Shown: positions 28,100 to 39,000 of the stretch, piece after piece
Layout: each line of letters opens with the position of its first letter
How positions within the stretch are numbered: position 1 is the stretch's first letter
NCBI GenBank assembly: GCA_021613535.1
Contig: CP075492.1
Coordinates: forward strand, 6,448,001-6,512,000
DNA: 64,000 nucleotides
DNA from: Adineta vaga
Lineage: Eukaryota > Animalia > Rotifera
Direction: 5' to 3'
The notes under the pieces: generated by a model
Told to the model about the DNA's origin: nothing
The model's input: only the letters and a program-made list of their open reading frames with translations
Database searches by the model: none
Made by a program: the position numbers and the translations under genes

Positions 28100-28560
28100 A
28101 TAGTGAAACCTCTCTAAGATGAACCCTAAAGAGACTGTACAAAAAAGTGTTCATCTTATGAAGGTTTCATTTTGAATGAAGTTTATTTCATATGTAATTA
28201 AATAGTGTATGATAAGTATACAACACAAATGATAATGAATACTATATACGTCTTATATTAATATCTGTTACAAAGAATATTGAATAAAAAAAAACTATAC
28301 TTCTCATCTATCCAAGTTTGATTTATGATTACTGTAGTATGTAGCTTATTCTCTTATCTTCTTATTGAGGATTGACAAAGTTCAGTTTTAGATCGAAAGT
28401 AATGAACTGGTTTAACTTCATTAAAATATCTTCAAAATGATCTGTGTAGCTTTATAAGATTGAGTAATTCCTAAAACTGAACTATTAAAACAGTTTAGTC
28501 TATTTGAATGCAGTTCGTGAACTTCAACTTGCCAATCATTGCTCCTCCTTTCATACAAGA
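28100..28560. mobile_element. Degenerate pogo/Tc1-mariner-like DNA transposon relic (one end only)
   Basis: TA followed by TAGTGAAACCTCTCTAAGATGAAC, which resembles pogo-type CAGTGAAACCTC termini, then its imperfect inverse GTTCATCTTATGAAGGTTTCA; no intact ORF and no second TIR found. Confidence 0.4.
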
Positions 28561-28756
28561 AAAACGTATTTAATCAGTACTTGTTCTTGAGGGTATGTTT
28601 GAAATGCATGCAACAAGAGATGATACAATGAGGATTTTATATCAAACGAAGAAAATGTTTTGTTCAATTAGCATTACAATATGGATAAAAATTGAATTAA
28701 TAACTTTTCAAACAAAAACAAATGAAGATAAAAAAATGATTTTGTTGATATTTTAG

Positions 28757-29104
28757 AGCATCAATTGTATCTGTTATTTCATTTGGTAAAAATGAACTTT
28801 ATAAAAGACGTACTTGTTTTAATATGATATCCAATGGGACTCCCTGTGGTTGATTGATTATTGGACACATACTGACTCGACATTCAGTGGTCACTGTTGG
28901 TAAGATAAATTTCTCTTCTACTAATAGAAAATATCTAATCAGACATATTTAGTTGGCAAACCTATTCATGTCAATCAAAATGTTAATCCAACTTCGGATG
29001 ATATAGATCAACTTCATCATCAATCTATGCAAGAAATTGAACAACTGTATGAAGATAACAAAAATACATATGCTTTAGAATATGTCAATCTCGAAATCAT
29101 TTAG
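28757..29104 (+). pseudogene. Degenerate duplicate of the last two DGAT2 exons
   Basis: A 143-nt exon (28757-28899) aligns to DGAT2 exon 27631-27773 with intact splice sites but a CGA->TGA stop at 28851. The last exon 28953-29104 (VGKPIHVNQNVNP...LEII*) is also duplicated. Confidence 0.88.
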
Positions 29105-29915
29105 ATACGTAATAGTTAATAACAACAACAATGACAACAACAAAAATACGAGTCTTGTTTAAAGAACGATCAATCAAATAGTAATGAGAATGATGACATT
29201 GAGCAACTTACATAGCATAACCTATTAGTCTCATATACCGTACTAACGTTCGTTGGTATTATGACATAATGCATAGTTGATTGAGCCTTTCTCTCTTGCT
29301 GTGTGTGTGTATGTATGTATGTATGTATAAATATGGATAACAATGACTGAGCTCTTTGAACCATTCGTACGTGTATAGTTGACACGGTAGTATTCTCAAG
29401 GTTGATTTCTAACAGATATATGGGATGGTTTCATGAAGGATGAAACGTTAAAACACGTAGATTAACAATAGCTCGTTCTTTTTTCTCACAATTCATGTTT
29501 GTTTTAATCTATTGAACCATTCTTCTTCATGTTTCTCTTTTCATGTTGATAATATACTCATCAACTAGAAATCGATTACATCATTCTTCATTTGTCCTTC
29601 AATACAAGTAAATCAATCCTTTCTAAAGTAACAGACTCAGAAATAATAATAATTTAATATAGATCGATTACAGTTGAAGGCTAATCAAAGAAAGAGAGAA
29701 AAGAACAAACTTTGATTGTTTGTTATCTCATCATATCCAGTAGCTATACATCAATTACACCCATATATTTCCAATGAATACATATATTGTTTCGTTCAAT
29801 GTTTATAAGAAATACACACACACACACAAACACACGAATTAAAGCTTACAAAAATGATTAAGTCAAAGAAGAAATTAAAAAAAAAACCACATGAAATGAT
29901 CCAGTTAATTCTTAT

Positions 29916-30704
29916 TCATACATCTGTTGTTGTACCACTGTCACTTGCTGATTCATTCGTATTACCTTTTAAATTATCATAAGCATCATCAGCCGGAAAT
30001 GGTTGTTGTTTTTCTTGTTCATATAATTTCGTACGTTTGATTAATGTCATACGTTTATAAACAAGAAAAGCACTAAGCATTAATAGAAAAAGAATCGTCG
30101 CAAAAACAATAAGAATAATTATTGTTCGAAATATATCACTAAATAGTGTACGTTGTTGAATTAAAACTGATTTATCTGCATTATGAAAATATTTTTTATA
30201 GAAATATTCTTTCCATGCAAGTTCATCTTCAATTGATATTGTTTCATTGAATAATTCAGGTGGCGTTTCAATATTAACTTTAGCTGAAAAGAGCACAACA
30301 TTTTCTTGTTTCGTACGATTTGATGAAGATAATTCTCGTTTATGTAAAATACAATCATAATCAACAATAATATGTTGAGAATAACTATTCACTTTTGTTA
30401 ACCATGGACATGTCGATGAATCCATAAGAATACATTGAATTGATATTGAACATGTACGGTGGTTATTACAAGGTAAGTAGTGTTTATTGAAACGTTTTTG
30501 ACATGCACTTCGTGAACAACCGTTACCTGTATAGAAGATAACTGAACGTAATTTAATAACAAAATTTAGTGGACATGATAGAAGACGAGTTGTATTCTCT
30601 GTTGTTTGATCATTTAAGCAACAATTTTCAAATTCATAATTCCATGATGGACATATATGAAGAAAGAATAAAATAGAAAAATAAAATACTAATCGAGGAA
30701 ACAT
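29916..30704 (-). CDS. Type I membrane protein with SUEL (Gal/Rha-binding lectin)-like domain, EVA1C-like architecture
   Basis: Signal peptide; LSCP..VIKL..C..C..CNNHRTCSISI..CP..HIIVDYDC Cys pattern; TM helix IIILIVFATILFLLMLSAFLVY; short tail ending TTDV. Confidence 0.7.
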   Translation of the reverse strand: MFPRLVFYFSILFFLHICPSWNYEFENCCLNDQTTENTTRLLSCPLNFVIKLRSVIFYTGNGCSRSACQKRFNKHYLPCNNHRTCSISIQCILMDSSTCPWLTKVNSYSQHIIVDYDCILHKRELSSSNRTKQENVVLFSAKVNIETPPELFNETISIEDELAWKEYFYKKYFHNADKSVLIQQRTLFSDIFRTIIILIVFATILFLLMLSAFLVYKRMTLIKRTKLYEQEKQQPFPADDAYDNLKGNTNESASDSGTTTDV

Positions 30705-31142
30705 GTCGAGATTTATTCTTCAATTGAACATCTAGAAAAAAAAGAAAAAGAAATGAAATTTACATTTTAATTATTTCATTCTTCGGTTTTGGTTGCCTTG
30801 TCATAAAATCAAATCAGTTGTAGGAAGAGAAAGTATCATATACATACATGTAAATATTCAATGAGAAGAGATTTTTCTTTGCAGTGAAACATTTAAGTAT
30901 ATTTATATATTGAAATACATTCGAGTGTCTATTTGGCATGAGTATGAATATAATAATTCTTTGATAGGGATCAGTACTCTGCCTCTTACTTGTTATGAAC
31001 TGTAACAAATACAATTGTATTGCGCGCTCTCTCTCGTTCTCGCTCTCTTCTCTTCTTCTCTTTCGTTCTCTCTCTCTCATGATATTGCATAAAGTAACAA
31101 CAATAATACCAGCAGTAAACCATCCAAAGATTAAACGATCTC

Positions 31143-31166
31143 TCTTCTTCTTCTTCTTCTTCTTCT
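31143..31166. repeat. (CTT)n microsatellite within a CT-rich tract
   Basis: Run of CTT triplets read directly from the sequence. Confidence 0.8.
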
Positions 31167-31977
31167 TTTCTCTTTCTTCTCTTCCTTTGTTAGATGAATT
31201 GGTGATAGGTTTATACACAGACATTGCTGATGGAACTTCTTTCATAACTTCTATGAACAGTATACGACCATACGTCTGACAAGGCTTTTGTATATGTTTC
31301 GATGACATGGAGCATTCTTTTCTGATGGACATTCAAGGTTACAATCCGGAATATTCATTAAGTTCAACGAAAAAGAAAGATTATCGAAGAAGACAAAACA
31401 TTGTTCGAAAAAATATTTACCTTCATTATTGTAGACATATTAGACTAGAAAAAAGAATGACATGTACATATGTTTTGCTTTATTAGAAATGGTGAAATGA
31501 CAAGAATGAACTAACAATTCTCTATTGTATTATGAGTTAACTCAATGAGTTTTATTCTTATTATAAGTGACCTTTTTTTTTGGATAGTTCTCTGTACATT
31601 TGCTTGTCAAGGTTAAAAATCAAAAGACAATCATTATCGCATAACGAATATTATCAAAGCAATGTTAACAAGCTCATTTTCTCCTACTTTCTCTCTCTCT
31701 CTCTATCTCGATATCTATTCCGATCGCTTAAGGACATTGATTTCTAGTCGATAGAGAGAATACGTTCGATGGATAGTACATCGATTAATCGTTTAGACAT
31801 CTTACGTCATCTCTCTTTCTATTCAAACGTAAAAAAAGAAAAACTTATATTTACTATTGTCATAGTGACTATAGAAAAGAATAAAAAACTAATATGACTT
31901 ACTTACATTAAGTCTTTCGAACGGGAGAAAGAAAAGGTGTTTTGTTCTAGTTTTTTTTACCTCTTTTCATAAAATTA

Positions 31978-33796
31978 ATGGCACCAATACGAATAAAAGT
32001 GCAATTAGGAGAAGAAAAAAAAGGTTCTCGTGCAAGACCTTTGTTACGTAAATTTGTTTATGTTATCGAGTCAGCATCAAATCAAACAATTGCCGAACTT
32101 TTACAAACATTACAAAAATATATAATAGAAAAATTCTCACATATGAATATTGAAATCATTCAACTAAAGACCGATGATGGTTTTATCTTATCCAAATCGG
32201 ATCGATGTTCTGATGTATTAAAAGATAATGATCTTATTATTTGCGTTGATATGAGACGATTTATCGAAGAATATCAAGCATTTTTTATTGAAAATGTTAT
32301 TTGGTTAGAACGAAAACAGTATGATGTAACTATCAATAAAGAACGAGTTCTTCGAATTGGTCTTAATAATACTCCGGAATTATTTATACGATTGTATGGT
32401 ACAACTGATCTGAATAGTATTTATGTATTTGGATTTTGTGAATTAATTACAATTGCAAATCAAAAACAATCAAGTATAAGAAATGAAAGGAAAAATAGAA
32501 TTTTATATGAATATTTTAGATAGATTGATTGGTCGAATTGATAATACGATGGAATTTGAGCAATCATCGGAATTCGAATGGTTCATAGAATGTAAATGGG
32601 ATTATGATATCAATTCAAATACAACTTTATTTATTATTTGTAATACGAAACTTGGTTCAAGTAATGAAATATGGTCGGGAAAATTACAAATATTTCTTGA
32701 TCATTCTCGTAAGCGTATAGAAAAAGGTGAACTTATACAATTATCTACTGAATCAAGTGATGGTACAGCACTTACCGATCAACAACGTCAACGTTTGAAA
32801 GAACTTGCTGCTCAACTTCCTCCACCGAAACGATCAGGACCACAAATTGATCCTAATAGTCATCAAAATGTGAAAATAACAAAACATGAATGTGAAGGTG
32901 AATCAGCCGTTCGTATGACTTATGGAAATACAAATACTGTCCTAACAGAACACACTGAATCAGACACGAATGACATGTTTTTACAATATTTTACTATTAC
33001 ACATATTGTCTTTTCTAAACGACAAACAATATTACCAGAAATTCTTAATCAAAAGCGTTCTCAACCAATTGATAAACCAATTACCGTTGCGAATCTAGCT
33101 GTATTTTATCAAATACATGATGGTTCATGGCGAGAATGTCAAGATATTACAATTGGACTTGTATCTACACGCGATACAGAAACAACATGGTTACCACATT
33201 TAATAATTAATATCGAACCCGATAAATTTCTATCATTTTGTATTAAGGGATCAATTTTATTCAAAGGTATATGTGGCAATAGTAATATTACACGTCTTCG
33301 AACACATAAAAAATTACCACAACCACTGAAATTAAAGATCGTTGTTACGGATAATTATGATAAACAATGTTCATTAATTGTTGAACAATTAAATAAACCA
33401 CTTGAACTTGTAACAAAGGAATCATTGAAACCATCATTATGGTATATTAAAGATTTATTATCTTTTACTTATGCTGATGATTGTGATCTTGATGAAAGAT
33501 ATTACGTATACATGGGTATAAATAAAGAGAATAAAATAGTTATTGGATGGTTCAATAGTTCATCTTCAGTTTTTGATCGAAAAAAATTCTTAACCATGGA
33601 ATTTACTGCTAAACAAAATAAAACAACAGAAATTGATCTCACTGATATTGCTTATCATCAAAATTCCAATGAAGTCAAAGCAAAAATTCTACTTGATCCA
33701 GTAACATACATAACTTATGCTCTTCGAATTGAAATCTCGACATCAACATCAAAAGTTGAAGAAACACACATTATTCCTATTGATAAAATATCATAG
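31978..33796 (+). CDS. Uncharacterised ~590-aa protein, paralog A (N-terminal ubiquitin-like/coilin-N-like domain); intron 32474-32519
   Basis: Two ORFs joined by a 46-nt phase-1 GT-AG intron; collinear along its full length with paralog B. Confidence 0.85.
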
Positions 33797-33986
33797 TTTT
33801 TTGTTAAAAAAACAAAACATTATTCGTTACATAAAAACAGTGACGAGTTTCCTAATCTTTATTTTCACTTTTATAAACATTGAATGTTCACGTCATCAAT
33901 CAAATCCATTAAATTCATAATCACATCGAACGCCTAACATGTTTCGAATTGATGGCCATGTCATCGTCTAGAAATAATTTCTACCG

Positions 33987-34000
33987 GTTACCGTAGTAAC
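33987..34000. promoter_or_regulatory. RFX X-box GTTACCGTAGTAAC upstream of paralog B; TATA-like TATAAAA at ~34060
   Basis: Matches the consensus GTNRCC-N(0-3)-RGYAAC, ~100 bp upstream of ATG 34103. Confidence 0.55.
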
Positions 34001-34102
34001 ATAAAGAAAGGAGAAAAATACTTTGTTATTGAAATATAATGTCGTTGTCAACTGTGATGTATAAAAATAGGTTAAATATTTCAGTCGAGATCGTTGTACA
34101 AA

Positions 34103-35944
34103 ATGAGTTCACTACGCGTCAAAGTTCAGTTTACCGAAGAGATATTACAGTATGGACGTCCAAAAGTTGAAACAGTTTTAAAATTTATTTATCATCTTGA
34201 AGCAGCATCTAGTAAAACGATTGGTGATCTGATAAAAGTTTTACAAGATCGTATCAATCGAGAACTATCAACTCAACATAAACAAATTGTTGAATTAGTT
34301 ACTGGTGATGATTATGTTCTCACAAAATCTGATATTTGTTCAAATGTATTGAAAGACAATGATTTGATTATATGTGTTGATTTGAAAAAATTTGCCTATG
34401 ATCATTTTTCGACGTTAGATCTAGCTAAATCATGGTTAGAAATTAAAGAACATGATCCCAGTGATAATCATGAAAAGACCATTCAAGTAGGTCTGAGTAA
34501 TATAATGAAATTATATGTTCGATTGCGTGGAACAACAAATAATTATGGACTGTGTTTGTTTGATATTCATCAATTAATTGATATTGCTACTCATAAACCA
34601 AAAAGTATTTTCGATCAATTTTTATTGATTTTACATAAGATTAAGAGTTTTCTTTATATTTTAGATACTTTAATTGCTCGAATCGATAATTCCGATGATT
34701 ATAATGAAACAACGGATGCTGAATGGTTTCTTGAATCTCAATGGGAATATGATGCTAATTCAAATAATCAATTATTTGTTATATGTAACATGAAAGTCGG
34801 ATCTGAAGATAATGTTATATCGAAAAAATTACAAATCTTACTTAATCATTCTCGTATGCGTATAAAAAAAGGTGAAATCACTGATTTATCAGATGCAAAT
34901 ACTGGTCTCATACTGACAGATGAACAACGTCAACGTTTAAAAGAACTCGTAGCTAAATTTCCACCACCGAAACGAAGTGGACCACAAATTGATACTAGAA
35001 AATGGCAAAATCTAAAGGTAACAAAACATGAATGTGAAGGTGATTCGTCGATTCGTATGGCTTATGGAAATACGAATACAGTTAATACATATCAAGACTT
35101 TCATTTAGCAGAAGGTTCAACATTTCAGCTAGAATTTATTATAACACATATTATATTTTCGAAAAAATCAAGTGTTTTACCTGAAATACTCAATCAAAAA
35201 CGTTCACAAGCAAATGAAAAATCTGTATCTGTTTCTAGTCTAACAGTATTTCATCAAATGCATGATGGTGGATGGAAAGAATGTGAAAATATTGCCATTG
35301 CACCGATGTCAGTACGTAATGAAGAACCAAGATGGTTAACCGATTCGATAATTAATATTCAACCAGATAAATTAGTTTCATATATTATTCGAGGATGCAT
35401 TCAAATCAAAGGTAATCCAGGTCTTAATAATTCTGCACGTGCTCGATTACCTAAAAGTTTACCACAACCATTTAAATTAAAAATCGTCGTAACTGATAGT
35501 ACAGAAAAACAAAGTTCATTAGTCGTGGAAAAAGTTGATCCACCATTGATTCTTACTACTCGGGAATCATTTATGCAAGAATATCAATCGGAAATAAAAG
35601 AATTGATTTGTTTTATTTATGCGGATGATTGTGAATATGATGAACGAATTTTTTTGGCAATTTATATCAGTCAAAAGAATGAACTTATGATTAAAGGTGA
35701 TGGTATTTATAAGAGTATATTTGATCGTCAAGGTTTACGTGCATTACAATTTCATGCTAAACAAAATAAAATAACAGAATATGAATTTCCAGAAATTCAA
35801 TGTCGATACAATGATAATATTACTAAAGTAACAGGTTTATTTGATTCTGAAACTTTTCTATTTTATGCTATTCGTGTTGAATTATCAACATTAACATCAA
35901 AAGCAGAAGAAACAGTATTTATTCCAATGGAAAAAATAGAATAA
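34103..35944 (+). CDS. Uncharacterised ~593-aa protein, paralog B; intron 34605-34664 (60 nt, in frame, no stop)
   Basis: Shares VLKDNDLIICVD, QRQRLKEL, PPPKRSGPQID, TKHECEG, YGNTNTV, LPEILNQKRSQ, LPQP.KLKIVVTD and YADDC with paralog A; same intron position and phase. Confidence 0.88.
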   Translation: MSSLRVKVQFTEEILQYGRPKVETVLKFIYHLEAASSKTIGDLIKVLQDRINRELSTQHKQIVELVTGDDYVLTKSDICSNVLKDNDLIICVDLKKFAYDHFSTLDLAKSWLEIKEHDPSDNHEKTIQVGLSNIMKLYVRLRGTTNNYGLCLFDIHQLIDIATHKPKSIFDQFLLILHKIKSFLYILDTLIARIDNSDDYNETTDAEWFLESQWEYDANSNNQLFVICNMKVGSEDNVISKKLQILLNHSRMRIKKGEITDLSDANTGLILTDEQRQRLKELVAKFPPPKRSGPQIDTRKWQNLKVTKHECEGDSSIRMAYGNTNTVNTYQDFHLAEGSTFQLEFIITHIIFSKKSSVLPEILNQKRSQANEKSVSVSSLTVFHQMHDGGWKECENIAIAPMSVRNEEPRWLTDSIINIQPDKLVSYIIRGCIQIKGNPGLNNSARARLPKSLPQPFKLKIVVTDSTEKQSSLVVEKVDPPLILTTRESFMQEYQSEIKELICFIYADDCEYDERIFLAIYISQKNELMIKGDGIYKSIFDRQGLRALQFHAKQNKITEYEFPEIQCRYNDNITKVTGLFDSETFLFYAIRVELSTLTSKAEETVFIPMEKIE

Positions 35945-36003
35945 TGATTTCAATCGAATGTTTTTTCATGCATCTTTCTTTAATTGAAATCGAAATAAAA
36001 TAT

Positions 36004-39000
36004 TTAAACGTCACTTTCATCACTGAGATATGAAGTATTCTAAAAGAAGAAGAAAACAAGTTTAAATTCTCTAAATAAAGATACAATATCTTACATGATT
36101 ATGTTTATTGCTATTTTGTAAATAATATCGAACATAATCAACTCTAAAATATGAATTTAATTCAAGATTATAGTCAAAACTGTTTCCTTCATACTTTCGT
36201 TCAATATTTTCTAAAACAATATCGATATGATTTTTCTTTGCATGTTTAAATGCATATCGCCAAAAATCATCAGCTATTGCACTTTCACGTTGCATTGCAT
36301 CGCTAACTACAAATCAAATCAAAGAATTTACAAAACATTTTTGTCATTAGAATTACTTTTCCATGGTTGTGGTAAACTATTTATCAATGATATTTGATCG
36401 CCTATAATATAGATTGATGTGAGTAGTAAAAATAATAAATTATCTCAACATACGATTAAAACAAAGTTTATAAACATGTTGAAAAGTAATAAATAGATAA
36501 TAGAGAATATTAAATGGTGGTGGTAATAGAGGTTTTTTAATATATTCATTGACAATTAAATATCGTTGATATCGCCATAGATCATGTGCTTGTTCTTGAA
36601 CACTTTGAATCGTGACACTAGATTGAAAAGAGAATTTTTAACAAACAAATCAAAAAATCAAAACTTTTTCTTACTTAAATAATGCTACGAGTACATTGAG
36701 AAGAAGTACATTGGCAATAGCAACAAAGAAAATCGCTAAAACGAATGCTGTATTGGAGTAAGAATCTGCGCCAACTAAATGAAAATAATCAATAAAAGGA
36801 AGATCAGAATTTTCTAAATGACTATGGGCAATTGCCGAAAGTCATGCTATCCGAAGAAAACGATTTATTATTACTAATGGGATCGATTTGTCCGAAAACT
36901 TTCCATATTCCATAATTGATAATATCTTTTGCTAATTGCCATGACCATGAATTCGTTTCAGAAGTATCGATGGTAACATTGATTAAACGACTATAATCAT
37001 CATAGATCCAATTGATTTGAGATGCTGTACCGATCAATGACCAGGATGCAATGGAAAAACCACAGAGAAAAATTAGAATAAAACAAATAAAGAAAAGAAG
37101 ATCTTTCATCTATGAAGAGAAATAACAGAGCATAATGAAAATAATGAAAATATCTATTCTACAAACTGTATTTAAAATCATTAATAATTTCGGTCCTAAT
37201 CGTTCAAATGCTGTAAATAGATGAAGAGTTCCGACAAACCAAGCAATGAGATCAAGACATAGAAAAATCCTAGAAATAATTCTTGATAATTTCGTCATTG
37301 TAATCAATAAAATCTACTTTGAAATTGTAAAAACAGCTTCAACTACAATAAATCTTGTCATAAATCCAATCAGATAGAAAAGAATCGCATTGATCTTAAT
37401 AAGATTCCATACATCATAAAAATATTCATAATGATCGGTTAAATAAAACTACAAATCAAATAGATTAATTGATGTAAATTCGTTTTGTAATCATTTTACT
37501 TTATGCATTTCTTCGAGAATTAAACTCCATATCCAAATATGAAGAAGAAATTCACATCTTCCTAATCCTAAATTAGTACTCTCATGAATAATATTCCATG
37601 GAAAATAATCAATTAAAAGTACGTAACTAAATAATCCAAGAAATACAACATAGAATATCTAAAATAAACCAAATATCATCAAATAAAATTTAAAAGAAAA
37701 ACATCTCTTCATTTACTATATTATAATAGAATCGAACAATAGGTGCGTGATAAAAATAAATAATTTTATTTGACCATCGTACTGGATTAAATTCGACATC
37801 ATGATCCGATCTATAAAATAAATAGAAATATGCATGGAATATTCTACGGACTTATTTTTACTTGATTACTGTACGAATAACAACACCATTTCCACTTTTG
37901 CCATATGAAATAACCTTTTAAAAAAACTATGAATTCAAATTTTTCACATCACTCTCTTTGGGACTATATAATAAATGTGTATCAATGAATGACTTGACTC
38001 GAGATATAGAAATAATATTTGACAAAAAATTGAGAAAAAAACAAACCTGTTTTCGTTCTTGAACATATGGTAGAAAAATAGAAAAGATTGGCATTAATGG
38101 AAATATCAGAGTAACAAGAAAGATCTAAATACAACTCTTTTCTTTATTTTGAAATGAAACTTGAAATGTTTTTCTTTACTCGAAAATTAACTGCTTTCCG
38201 TTTATAATTGATATTTCCAAACCTACGGGAAATTTCAAATGAGATACTTATCTTTAAATAATGAAACTTACCATTGATTATCTAAATATCTTTGAACGCA
38301 TTTCGATGAAAGAAATACTCGACAATTTGCTTCTTGTGCAATTTTTAAAGGATCAACATTATCAAATGATAATGCTGGTTCTTTTAGTAGTTCTACAGCA
38401 AAATATTCATCATTATCAAAACATCGATCAATAATTGACATTGCATAATAATCAAATTGTCTAAAATGACATTTATACAATTCAACATAATCGCTACAGA
38501 GGAAAGAAGATTCTACTTGGCATTCTTTTCATATTCTTCTTTTGCTTCAGAATGCATTGCTATTTGAGCGGCTAATCGATAGATTCGTGCACCAATTAAA
38601 GCCGCCACCGATTGATTCTATTTTCAATGATTACTAAGAAACAAACGAATCTTTTTCAATCTACACTTACCCATGTTTTTGAACAAAGATATTTTCCAAG
38701 TTCAAAACGGCCGATAAAGATTGCCCAAAGATATAATTCACGGCGAGCATTTTGTCCTAAACAGCAATACACTTCCGATGATACTTTATCAACCTAAAGA
38801 TGAACAAAATGTACATTCCGAATCTAAAGAGATTCCTACATACATCAAATTGTTTATTAAGATAAAATGCATGATAATCATTTCTTGTCGGTTTTAATTT
38901 GTTCTCGACGGGTAATACATTATCTGCCTAGGAATATCCGATTGAATTATTATTCATTAGAAATTAAAACATACATCAACAATTTCATATAATTGTTCAA

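Noticed and set aside
30814-31332. 172-aa ORF and antisense 94-aa ORF
   Set aside because: Built from CT/GA microsatellites (poly-K, RE repeats); low-complexity artefact in a regulatory or UTR region.
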